Assembly (NCBI GenBank): GCA_030408485.1
Contig: JAUHQH010000068.1
Span: 1 to 40,122, forward strand
DNA from: Candidatus Neptunichlamydia sp.
Lineage (GTDB): Bacteria > Chlamydiota > Chlamydiia > Chlamydiales > Simkaniaceae
DNA length: 40,122 nt
Direction: 5' to 3'
Shown: positions 20,537-29,854 of the stretch, in pieces
Numbering within the stretch: the first letter of the stretch is position 1
Layout: the number at the start of each line of letters is the position of its first letter
The notes under the pieces: model-generated
The model's database searches: none
Told to the model about the DNA's origin: nothing
What the model saw: only the letters and a program-made list of their open reading frames with translations
Position numbers and translations under genes: made by a program

Positions 20537-21081
20537 TGATTCTGACCCCAGAAGAGATTATAGCCGAAAAAAAAGAACTAGATAAAGATAAAGCTTTATA
20601 CCCCCCTTTTCTAGTAGAAGAGTTTAGAAAAGGAAGAGAGGAAACACGGATAGAAGAAAGAACAGGTAAATCAATTCTTTATCAACCAACCAAAATCACT
20701 GACTTCCTTTCTCTGCTCTGTTGTATTTGGCGGATCTCCAATAAAGCCTATCAAGAAGAGTTCTGGGGAAAGCAGGGACAGTGGGGGGACAATTACATGG
20801 AGACAATGGAGATTTTTTTTGGTGATTCTGAGGCCGTATTAGAAGCAAATGATGCAGGAAGAGTTTCTATATCCCCTAACCAAAGGAAAATGCTTCAAGA
20901 GCTTTGTAACAGAATCGACAGGTTCTTCGCTGATCCAGAAACACCAGAAAGTGAATATGGTGAAAATGATAAAGCCATGATTAACGATCCCAAGTGGCAA
21001 AAGATTGGTGAATATGCCAAGCTTGTTTACGAAGAGCTATCCGGGGATGATTTAGACGCATGGGAGAAACAAAGGAAGTAA
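20536..21081 (+). CDS. Candidate immunity protein (acidic, 181 aa)
   Basis: ATG 20536 overlaps the restored upstream stop (TAATG); small, acidic, Trp-containing (ISNKAYQEEFW..DNYMETMEIFFGD..NDPKWQKIGEYAKLVY). Confidence 0.7.
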   Translation: MILTPEEIIAEKKELDKDKALYPPFLVEEFRKGREETRIEERTGKSILYQPTKITDFLSLLCCIWRISNKAYQEEFWGKQGQWGDNYMETMEIFFGDSEAVLEANDAGRVSISPNQRKMLQELCNRIDRFFADPETPESEYGENDKAMINDPKWQKIGEYAKLVYEELSGDDLDAWEKQRK

Positions 21082-21286
21082 ATGAAAACATATCTAGCAT
21101 CGTCATACATCATGTTCAACAATTAATTATTACAGGAACGGAAGAGAAGATCTGTTTTTTAGTTCAGACCCCAACAGATAGAGGAAGGACACCATGTAAA
21201 ATCACTCTAGACATGTGACGCTTTTTTGGCATAATAACTCTTCAATAGCGCTTAATTTAACTAATAGAAATTTTTACTTCGAAGAA

Positions 21287-22654
21287 TTAAAGGAAATTGC
21301 TAAGTTTTCCTTTGAGACCACTCATCGATCCGAGTTGACCTTTAAGGGCAGGATCATTCATGAATTTTCTCTTGACACCCGGCATTTTTTTCATCATTTG
21401 CTTGATCCGCTTAAAGTTCTTAATCATCCGGTTGACCTCATCGATGGAAGAGCCACTCCCATTTGCAATCCGACGACGACGGGGAGGAATGAGCTCATCA
21501 AGCCCTATGCGTTCATTAGGAGTCATAGAGAGAATAATCGCTTCAATCTTCCTCATCTCCTTATCAGAGATTTCGAACTCGCCAAGATTAGAAAAACCTG
21601 GCATCATGCACAGAAGACTTTTGAGCGACCCCATCTTTTTAATTCGTCTCATCTGATTCAAAAAGTCATCATAGGTAAAAGACGCTTTCAAGAGTTTTTT
21701 ATGAAACTTTTCAGCATCCTCTTGATTGACATGTTCCTCAGCTTTTTTTACTAGGTTGATCACATCTCCCATTCCGAGAATCCGATCAGCCATTGATTGC
21801 GGGTTAAAAAGCTGAAAATCGTTAACCTTTTCACCCACCCCTTCAAACTTGAGAGGTTTACCCGTAATTTCACGAATAGAAATGGCGGCACCAGCGCGGG
21901 TATTTCCATCGAGCATCGTGAGAATCGTTCCAGTAATCGCAATTTTTCCATCAAATTCTGCTGCAGTTTTTACCGCATCTTGCCCTGTTGCCGCATTGGC
22001 AACAAAGAGAATTTCATGAGGATCCACAGCCTCTTTAATTTTGATGAGCTCTTTCATCAGCTCATCATCGATATGCAGGCGTCCTGCGGTATCAATAATC
22101 AAAACATCAAAAGCCTCTTTATTCGCTTGATCAATAGCCCCTTTTGCTACTTTTACCGGATTTTTTTGATCACGATCTGCATAGATCAGAACTCCGACTT
22201 GCTTTCCAAGCGTCTCTAATTGATCAATAGCCGCAGGACGTTGCAAGTCACAAGCAGCAATGAGAACTTTTTTGTTTTGTTTCTTTAGATAAAGGGCAAG
22301 CTTTGCCGATTGTGTTGTTTTCCCCGATCCTTGAAGACCACACATCAAAATGACGGAAGGACAATGGCCAATATTAAGAGGAGCTTCATCGCTTCCCATT
22401 AAATTTTTAAGTCCATCGTGGATGATTTTAGTAAATTGATCGCCAGCGGTCACCGACTTTATCACTTCTCCATCAAGAGCTTCTTCTTTCACTCTCTTGA
22501 TGAAGTTTTTAGCAACGGTATAGTTCACATCAGCATCTAAAAGGGCCAAACGGACCTCTCGCACCGCATCTGAGATGTTTTCTTCCGTTAATTTTTTTTT
22601 AGAGCCTAGTGCTCTAAAAACATTTTGAAATTTTTCAGTAATGCCGCCAAACAT
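21287..22654 (-). CDS. ffh: Signal recognition particle protein Ffh
   Basis: GLQGSGKTT, DLQRPAA, DTAGRLHID, Met-rich M domain. Confidence 0.99.
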   Translation of the reverse strand: MFGGITEKFQNVFRALGSKKKLTEENISDAVREVRLALLDADVNYTVAKNFIKRVKEEALDGEVIKSVTAGDQFTKIIHDGLKNLMGSDEAPLNIGHCPSVILMCGLQGSGKTTQSAKLALYLKKQNKKVLIAACDLQRPAAIDQLETLGKQVGVLIYADRDQKNPVKVAKGAIDQANKEAFDVLIIDTAGRLHIDDELMKELIKIKEAVDPHEILFVANAATGQDAVKTAAEFDGKIAITGTILTMLDGNTRAGAAISIREITGKPLKFEGVGEKVNDFQLFNPQSMADRILGMGDVINLVKKAEEHVNQEDAEKFHKKLLKASFTYDDFLNQMRRIKKMGSLKSLLCMMPGFSNLGEFEISDKEMRKIEAIILSMTPNERIGLDELIPPRRRRIANGSGSSIDEVNRMIKNFKRIKQMMKKMPGVKRKFMNDPALKGQLGSMSGLKGKLSNFL

Positions 22655-22679
22655 CGATCTCTCCTATGAGAAGATGATT

Positions 22680-23522
22680 TTACTGAAAATTCTTGTCATA
22701 TTCAAGGAAAAAGAATCGGTCGTGATCACTCCAATCCTTTTCGCATTTATTGTGGACCCAATGACTTTCGGAAAATATCTCTATCATATCATTTCCCTGT
22801 TCCGCTCCAATTTCAAAAAATACCTTTGCTTTTGGGTTTAAAAAAGGAGGAAGCTCCTTTGCTAAACGGTGGTAAAAATCGAGTCCCCCAACAAGAGCTC
22901 CCTTTGGTTCAAAGGCCCGCACCTCCTCTTCAAGCCCTTCATATTCTTCAGGGGTGATGTAGGGAGGGTTGCAAATGACCACATCAGCCTTCTTGCCCTG
23001 AAATGGAGTGAGCAAATCCCCTTCCAAAAACTCGACCTCTAGATGGTTTCTCTCCGCATTTATCTTTGCAATCTTCAATGCCTCACCTGAAATATCTGCT
23101 AGCTTCACTCGACATTCAAAACACCTATTTTTAACCGCTAGACCAAGACACCCCGTTCCTGTACACATATCCCATACCTCGAGAGACCCTTCTGGAAGAC
23201 TTTTGACAATAAGGTCTGCAAGAATTTCTGTTTCATAGCGAGGAATAAGGGTTGCAGGAGTCACCTTAAGCTTGAGATCTAAAAACTCAACCTCACCTAC
23301 GATATAGGCAAGAGGTTCTTTTGCCCCTTTACGCTTAATCCATTCCCGATAACGCGCAACCTCCTTTTCTTTCAAAGGAGCATCATAATCAAAATAAAGC
23401 TCTATTCGCTTCCGACTGAGTAATGTAGCTAAAAGTTCTTCAGCTTCACGCCGCGCATGCTGAACACCTCGCTTTTCCAGGTATTCTGTAGAGCGTTTGA
23501 TGAGCTCACGGATTGCGTACAA
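22680..23522 (-). CDS. prmC: Release factor glutamine methyltransferase
   Basis: EPLAYIVG, LIPRYETE, DMCTGTG, NPPY; strong RBS before TTG start. Confidence 0.95.
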   Translation of the reverse strand: MYAIRELIKRSTEYLEKRGVQHARREAEELLATLLSRKRIELYFDYDAPLKEKEVARYREWIKRKGAKEPLAYIVGEVEFLDLKLKVTPATLIPRYETEILADLIVKSLPEGSLEVWDMCTGTGCLGLAVKNRCFECRVKLADISGEALKIAKINAERNHLEVEFLEGDLLTPFQGKKADVVICNPPYITPEEYEGLEEEVRAFEPKGALVGGLDFYHRLAKELPPFLNPKAKVFFEIGAEQGNDMIEIFSESHWVHNKCEKDWSDHDRFFFLEYDKNFQ

Positions 23523-23598
23523 GAGAACCTCCTTCCTCGAACAAGTGTTGTATAGGTTAACAAATTATTCCATACATAGAAAATCAATGCTTTGCTAG

Positions 23599-24528
23599 CT
23601 AAGTAGTTGCTAAGACTTCTTTGGGAAGCTCAAGAAACACATTTTCTTCAATGTATTCCACTTCTTCTGTTTCAGTTACCCCAAGGGTTCTGAGATGCTC
23701 AATACACTTTTGGACAACCGACTCGGGTGTAGAAGCTCCAGCAGTTAATCCAATCGCTTTCACCCCTTCGAGCCAAAAAGGATCGATCTCATCAGGGCTA
23801 TTGATCAAATACCCTGGAACACCACGCTTACGTGCCACTTCACAAAGACGATTAGAATTGGAGCTTGTAGGGTCACCGACAACAAGAACCACACCTACAG
23901 AGTGGGTAATTTCTCGAAGCGCTAATTGTCGATTGGTTGTTGCATAACAGATCGAAGAACTCGGCAATGTTTCAATAAGAGGATACTTTTCCTTAATCGC
24001 GTCGGTAATCTCTTTCACATCGTCGAGACTGAGAGTCGTCTGAGTCGTATAGAAAAGACGTTGCTCTTGGGGGAAAGTGAGTTTTTCAACGTCCTCAACT
24101 GATTCGATGATGGTTGTATCTTCCGAAGCTTCTCCAGCAGTCCCAATCACTTCAACATGCTTTTTATGTCCAATAAGGAGGATGTGATATCCCTTCTTTG
24201 CATAACGTTTAGCAGCTGAATGGACCCGAATCACAAGACCGCAAGAAGCATCGATCTCAATAAGCTTTCTTTTTTTTGCATGCTCGCGAACAGAAGGTGG
24301 AATTCCATGAGCAGAATAAATGATGCGAGAACCTTCGGGGACTTCATCCAGATCTTCGATAAAAATCGCCCCTTTCTTCTCGAGATCTTCTACAACATGG
24401 CGGTTGTGCACGATTTGGTGCTTCACATAAATCGGAACACCCCAAACTTGCAACGCCCGCTCAACGGTTTCAATAGCACGGACAACACCGGCACAAAAGC
24501 CTCTAGGTTTTGAAAGTAATAATTTCAT
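23599..24528 (-). CDS. ispH: 4-hydroxy-3-methylbut-2-enyl diphosphate reductase
   Basis: PRGFCAGVVRA, IVHN, SAHG, ICYATTNRQ, SSNSNRL, TAGASTPE; probable start ATG 24528. Confidence 0.97.
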   Translation of the reverse strand: MKLLLSKPRGFCAGVVRAIETVERALQVWGVPIYVKHQIVHNRHVVEDLEKKGAIFIEDLDEVPEGSRIIYSAHGIPPSVREHAKKRKLIEIDASCGLVIRVHSAAKRYAKKGYHILLIGHKKHVEVIGTAGEASEDTTIIESVEDVEKLTFPQEQRLFYTTQTTLSLDDVKEITDAIKEKYPLIETLPSSSICYATTNRQLALREITHSVGVVLVVGDPTSSNSNRLCEVARKRGVPGYLINSPDEIDPFWLEGVKAIGLTAGASTPESVVQKCIEHLRTLGVTETEEVEYIEENVFLELPKEVLATT

Positions 24529-24547
24529 AAGTGAAATGGTAAAAGAA

Positions 24548-24789
24548 TTAAGAAGAGTGATCAACAAAAAAATGCTTCATAATGCCCTGGCAAGCATCCG
24601 CCACCCGATCCGAAACATGTTCAAAACTTTTCTCCCCTCCAAAAAAATAGGGGTCGGGTATCTCTTCATCCTTATGCTTTTCGGAAAAATGAGAAGCGAT
24701 AAATGCTCCATCATCCCCTTGAGAGCAGGAGAACGGCATATATTCCACGGACAGACAAAAAGTATGCTAGATATCTTCTTCTTTGACAT
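24548..24789 (-). pseudogene. Low-molecular-weight protein tyrosine/arginine phosphatase remnant
   Basis: MSKKKISSILFVCPWNICRSPA (P-loop CxxNICRS) followed, in another frame, by EEIPDPYF..VADAC; middle of the domain deleted. Confidence 0.85.
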
Positions 24790-26758
24790 CGGCTGCACAC
24801 CGGAAACCATAGGTTCGATTTACAACACCTGGATTGTTACGGTGACGATGGGAACAGCGCAGGTCATCTTTTAAGCTTTTCCAACAACCCCCTCGTAATA
24901 CACGATAGACCCCTTGCAAAGGTCCCTTTGGATTATCCGGGCGTTGGATAGCGACTTCATAATAGTTGTAATCATACCAATCATGACACCACTCATAAAC
25001 ATTCCCTGCCATATCATACAGTCCAATCTTATTCGGTGGATAACTTTTAACAGCCGTCGTATCAGAACTAAAGAAGTTTGCCTGCGTCCCTTCGATACTA
25101 TTTCCAGTTGTATAGGGCAATTCTTCGCAGCATGCCGAAGCTACTTCCCACTCTGCCTCTGTCGGAAGGCGTTTTCCAACCCATTTGGCATAAGCAATGG
25201 CTCCATACCATGTCACTCCAATCACCGGGTGTTTTGAATAGCCGGATTCAATACTAAGCTTTCCTCCATGACGTCGAATACGCGAGTCTTTTAAAAGGAT
25301 AATATCATTGTTATTTGAATCCTTTTCTCCCCCCATCACTTCTAAGAAGCGGACAAATTGTTCATTCGTAACAGGGTGAACATCAAGAGCAAAACTATCA
25401 AGCTTAACCTTATGACGAGGTCTTTCATCACGTCCTCCTTCATCACTTCCTCGGAAGTATTCTCCTCCTTCGACCAGCTCCATTTCAGTTTGAATGGGAT
25501 CGATATTTTTGATTTCTTCTTCCTTAAGAACATATCTAGCAACAGTACTATCCACATGAAAAGCCGCTGCCGGATCAGGGTCATACTCAGGTCTTTGGAT
25601 TTCCTGAGGTTTCAGGTCAGGTTTTGCATCTCCTTTCACCATTCGAGAAACTTCTTGCAGCATGTTTGTTTGAGCAGGAGTAAGCTCTTTTTCTAAAGCT
25701 TCTGTAGTAGTCGCAACTCCTCCTACATCTTCAATCTGTTCTTCTTTTCCTTTCTCTGCCTCTTCATCCCAATCAAGAATGGCATTCTCCTCTTCTTTTA
25801 TTCTTTGAGGAAATTGCACTTGTGGGCTTGCTAACGAATCTAAAAGACGTAAAAGGGAGTCAGGACGCTTTGTGGGGTCAGGTTTCAGGCATTCATTGAC
25901 TAAATGATCCCAATTTAACCTAAAGTCAGGATTAACAACACAGGGGCGAGGAAAATTTCCTTCGGGGAATGAATGCATCAGTAAAAAGTAAGTCAACACT
26001 CCAAAGGCATAAGTATCCGCTTTAGGACCTACAGGCTGTTCACGATAAATGCGCTGTTCAGGAGCTAAAAAGTGGTAGGTTTGGAGGAACGAAGCATGCA
26101 GTTTTGAAAGCTTACTCGACTCAAAGGTCCCAAAGAGATATTTTTCTTCTCCTGGTTTTGTGAATGTAGATTGAGAAAGATCTAATGAAAGAACATCTGC
26201 AAGAACTTTATACGTCCGTGTTAAAATTGCCCCTTCTCCAACGGTATGAGAAAGGCCAAAATCAGAAAGGTAGACATGAAGCCCTCTCTCCCCTTTACCG
26301 ATTAAGATATTATTTAGCTTTAACCCACGATGCACCAAGTTTTCTCCACCAAAGTAGCTCTGATGGGTATAGGTTAATGCTGAAGCAACCTGCGTTAATA
26401 ATTCAAAAATCTCATTCTCATTAAGGCTTTGTTTATTGACCCCAAGGTATTGCGTTAAATTTGTCGTTTCCCCAAAGCAATCGACGATACAATCAGTGAC
26501 TAAGAAGTAGTACCCCTCTGCAAAGGACACATTATGGACTTTAACAATATGCGGATGGTCGAGTTTTGCTAAAATTCCGACATCTTTTTCAAAACGCTGA
26601 ATAAAATTTCGATCTGTTGCAAGTTCTTCTGGTAGAACCTTAAGAATGTATTGTTGCTTTACAAAACGGTGTTCAGCAAGGTAAACATTTCCTAATGTGC
26701 CTTGCCCAATTTGCTTAATAACCGAGTAATCACCAAGAGTTTTTTTATCCATGAACAT
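24767..26758 (-). CDS. pkn1: Ser/Thr protein kinase fused to a C-terminal FGE-sulfatase (SUMF1) domain, chlamydial Pkn1 type
   Basis: IGQGTLGNVY, DFG and APEQ kinase motifs; C-terminal VTNEQF, RLPTEAEWE, GLYDMAGNVYEW, RVLRGG, GFRC. Confidence 0.9.
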   Translation of the reverse strand: MFMDKKTLGDYSVIKQIGQGTLGNVYLAEHRFVKQQYILKVLPEELATDRNFIQRFEKDVGILAKLDHPHIVKVHNVSFAEGYYFLVTDCIVDCFGETTNLTQYLGVNKQSLNENEIFELLTQVASALTYTHQSYFGGENLVHRGLKLNNILIGKGERGLHVYLSDFGLSHTVGEGAILTRTYKVLADVLSLDLSQSTFTKPGEEKYLFGTFESSKLSKLHASFLQTYHFLAPEQRIYREQPVGPKADTYAFGVLTYFLLMHSFPEGNFPRPCVVNPDFRLNWDHLVNECLKPDPTKRPDSLLRLLDSLASPQVQFPQRIKEEENAILDWDEEAEKGKEEQIEDVGGVATTTEALEKELTPAQTNMLQEVSRMVKGDAKPDLKPQEIQRPEYDPDPAAAFHVDSTVARYVLKEEEIKNIDPIQTEMELVEGGEYFRGSDEGGRDERPRHKVKLDSFALDVHPVTNEQFVRFLEVMGGEKDSNNNDIILLKDSRIRRHGGKLSIESGYSKHPVIGVTWYGAIAYAKWVGKRLPTEAEWEVASACCEELPYTTGNSIEGTQANFFSSDTTAVKSYPPNKIGLYDMAGNVYEWCHDWYDYNYYEVAIQRPDNPKGPLQGVYRVLRGGCWKSLKDDLRCSHRHRNNPGVVNRTYGFRCAADVKEEDI

Positions 26759-26796
26759 CCTATCGTTTCGCCCGATATTCTCAATTTCTGTGATTA

Positions 26797-27126
26797 TTGT
26801 CTAGGACTCAACCTTCACTACCACAGAGAGTACGGAGAAAAAAGAAGAAAAATGGTTTACCAACATGGGTAAATTGGAAAACCCCCTTTCATATCATGAA
26901 CAATGCAATGATTATCGGTATTCCGGTAGCTATTACTCTACTTTTTTTGTCATACGCTCATGATCCCAGACCACCACTCCCTGAACTTGAGTATACCCCC
27001 AGAAGTATTGATAAAAATAACTCTGACAAAGAGTTCAACGTAATTTTTAATAAATGGTATAAAATGACAAAACTTGCGAAAATCTATGAGAAGAGAGCTG
27101 AGAAAATAAAGAATGCGCTAGCTTAA
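26797..27126 (+). CDS. Hypothetical single-TM protein
   Basis: 109-aa ORF with basic N-terminus and one hydrophobic segment (IIGIPVAITLLFLSY); start uncertain. Confidence 0.45.
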   Translation: MSRTQPSLPQRVRRKKKKNGLPTWVNWKTPFHIMNNAMIIGIPVAITLLFLSYAHDPRPPLPELEYTPRSIDKNNSDKEFNVIFNKWYKMTKLAKIYEKRAEKIKNALA

Positions 27127-27129
27127 AAA

Positions 27130-27476
27130 ACTATAGCCCGCACAAGACTTTGTCTTAAACAGTAACAGCGGATAACAGAAAAGAGTTTGCTTGTCATCAG
27201 GAAGTAAGGCATTGCCTTGAGATTAAGTTTTTTATTTTGCTAAACCTTATCGCTTTTGGGAAAAGGGTTTTAATGAGCATACAAATGGGTTGGTTCGTCA
27301 AGTACCTTCTTAAAAAAAACAAAACTTTAATGATGTAACAAATGAAGACATAGAGGAAATTGAGTTTTTGCTTAACAATAGAGCTCGAAAAGTGCTAAAG
27401 TTACTGGACGCCGCTCAAGGTTTTTACTCGGTTCAGTAAAAAGGATACTATTGTCGCATTTCAGAATTGAATTGAC
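27130..27476 (+). mobile_element. IS30-family transposase 3' remnant with right end
   Basis: TVTADNRKEFACH..YFAKPYRFWEKGFNEHTNGLVRQ..EIEFLLNNRARKVL across frameshifts; IS30-like end GTCGCATTTCAGAATTGAATTGAC. Confidence 0.8.
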
Positions 27477-27798
27477 GGTAGAAGAAGCAAGTAAAAGCCA
27501 ACTCAGGAAGAAAGTACTTCGCCTCTTTCAAATTGGGGCATTAAACCCATCAAAACAATGGATGATTTGAATGAGTAGATCTTTCGGGTTGCGGTTTCAA
27601 TCGCTCTTATTATTCCTATCACACTTTTTTCTAGAGAGGTAGTGTTTACATGGAATTTCAACAGCTATTGGTAGTAACAGTTCCTCTCCTTGCTATTCTT
27701 AAAGAACAAGTAATCGATCTCCTCGTTGCTGAAATGATCTTTGCATTTTTAGCTTTATCACTTGATTCTTCAGCCCAAATGGTTTAAACTCCTTGGAT

Positions 27799-29115
27799 AT
27801 GGCGAAGCCGAAGACATTTTTTGTTCGTACATATGGATGCCAGATGAATGAGCTCGACTCTGAGCTAATGATTGGCCAACTCATAAAACGAGGACTCAAA
27901 CAAGTCTATAATGAAAAAGAGGGGGATGTCCTTCTTTTCAATACCTGTTCGATTCGCGACTTGGCTGAGCGCAAAGTCATGGGGAAAATCGGACAATTAG
28001 GCCGCGGCAAAAAAAAGCAGATTATTGGGGTTACCGGCTGCATGGCCATGGCAAAAAAAGAAAGTCTTTTTAAAAAGCTTCCCAATGTCGACTTTGTCAT
28101 CGGAACCAATAACATCGCCGACCTAGGAATGATCTTGGATCATGTTATCGAAACAGGTCAAAAACAACTCAAAACCGATAATCAATTTGAAGAAAACCTC
28201 GATTATCTCGTCGCAAAACGTGATGATAAGTATAAAGCCCACATCTCGATTATTAGAGGTTGCGACAAGTTTTGTACCTATTGCGTTGTTCCCTATACAC
28301 GCGGACAAGAAGTTTCACGCCCTCCTGAAGATATTGAAAAAGAAGCACACCTACTCGCTGATCAAGGATATAAAGAACTCATCCTCCTTGGACAAAATGT
28401 AAATAGTTACGGAAAGGACAAACCTGAGTGGAAAGAACTTTTTCACGATCTTTTATATCGACTGGATAAAGTCGATGGAATCGAGCGTATCCGCTTTATG
28501 ACAAGCCACCCTATTGATATTACTCATGAGCTGATGGAAGCCATTCGAGATCTTTCATCACTTTGTGAGTTTGTCCATTTTCCTATTCAAGCAGGCTCTA
28601 GCCGAATCCTCAAAAAAATGCACCGCATTTATACCAAAGAACAATACCTTGAAAAAGTTGCACTTCTTAAAGAAATTGTCCCTAATGTTTCTTTAGGAAC
28701 CGATATCATCGTAGGTTTCCCGACTGAAACCGAAGAAGAATTCGAAGAAACCTTCGAGGTACTTAGACAGGTTCGGTATTCGGTTGCCTTTCTCTATACT
28801 TATAGCCCTCGAAAAGGAACACCTGCCATGCGATGGAAAGATGACATTTCTGAGAAAGTTAAAGAAGAGCGTCTTCAACGTTTGATTGCACTCCATGGGG
28901 AAATCACAGCTGAAGAAAGGCAAACTCTTTTAGGTCAAGATTTCGAAGTTCTTGTGGAACGAAGAAATAAAGATGGTCAACTGAAAGGTCGCACGCGTTG
29001 CTGGAAAAAGGTGATATTCCCAGCTGATGACACCCTTATTGGAACACTTCAAAACGTGAAAATCCATAGCTACAATCACCAAACACTTCTCGGAACTCAC
29101 TTATCATTAGATTAA
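27799..29115 (+). CDS. miaB: tRNA-2-methylthio-N6-isopentenyladenosine synthase MiaB
   Basis: TYGCQMNELDSE, NTCSIR, radical SAM CDKFCTYC, TDIIVGFP, TRAM domain. Confidence 0.97.
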   Translation: MAKPKTFFVRTYGCQMNELDSELMIGQLIKRGLKQVYNEKEGDVLLFNTCSIRDLAERKVMGKIGQLGRGKKKQIIGVTGCMAMAKKESLFKKLPNVDFVIGTNNIADLGMILDHVIETGQKQLKTDNQFEENLDYLVAKRDDKYKAHISIIRGCDKFCTYCVVPYTRGQEVSRPPEDIEKEAHLLADQGYKELILLGQNVNSYGKDKPEWKELFHDLLYRLDKVDGIERIRFMTSHPIDITHELMEAIRDLSSLCEFVHFPIQAGSSRILKKMHRIYTKEQYLEKVALLKEIVPNVSLGTDIIVGFPTETEEEFEETFEVLRQVRYSVAFLYTYSPRKGTPAMRWKDDISEKVKEERLQRLIALHGEITAEERQTLLGQDFEVLVERRNKDGQLKGRTRCWKKVIFPADDTLIGTLQNVKIHSYNHQTLLGTHLSLD

Positions 29116-29270
29116 ACATATCCTCTGAATTGGTTTGCACCTAACAATAGGGTTATACAATTTTGTAAATTGAAATGTCTGTTGATTTTTTAGAGCAAAA
29201 CGCAGTATGTCCTATTTTTAACATACAAAGCACATCATTTTGTGTAAAAAAGGATGACAGATGTGAAGTA

Positions 29271-29789
29271 GTAGTGCCATTTTATCGAAAATAATATAAA
29301 TAGAAGTGTATTCTGATACTCGTCAAAGATTTGAGGAAGTTTGTTAAGGCGCACCATATTTTGATCGAGTTATAGACCACCTTCCCACTTTTAGAAACCA
29401 CTTTACTTTAATGCTCCTTATCATCCAATCTAAATGGCGGTCGCGTATTGCTGTTATCCTTATCCAACCCAATAATGCGTTGCTTCTTTGGTAGTACTTT
29501 GGCGAAAACCTTCCGATTGTCAGGATAAAATTCAGATCCTTGACTTTGTGGTAGAGTCGTTTATTTAAACGTCGCAACATTTCGATAGATGGCTCTGGAA
29601 GATTAGCGCCTTCTTTAGAAAACGATCGATAGATCAACGAATGTGAATGGACAAAAATTTTTCCTACCATTCTAATCTGAGTCCTTTTTTACTCTCTGAT
29701 CCTCATCAATACGGAGCATTTGCATTTATAACGTTGTTTACATAGTATGGCTCCTCTTACGCCTCCTGCAGTGAGTCATCAAGCATTAC
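29271..29789 (-). mobile_element. IS1-family element, internally deleted
   Basis: KQRYKCKC (InsA-like), GKIFVHSHSLIYR, KRLYHKVKDL..DNRKVFAKVLPK; short GTAGTGC/GCATTAC termini; homologous to 32160-32432. Confidence 0.7.
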
Positions 29790-29854
29790 AAACTATTGCA
29801 TAGAAATAATGGGACAAACTCTTCTTAGATCTCAATAAGTAACGAAACTCTTTT

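Noticed and set aside
21215-22219. 179-aa, 98-aa and 140-aa plus-strand ORFs
   Set aside because: Antisense shadows of ffh; the same applies to short ORFs opposite secA, pkn1, typA, the toxin and the permease.
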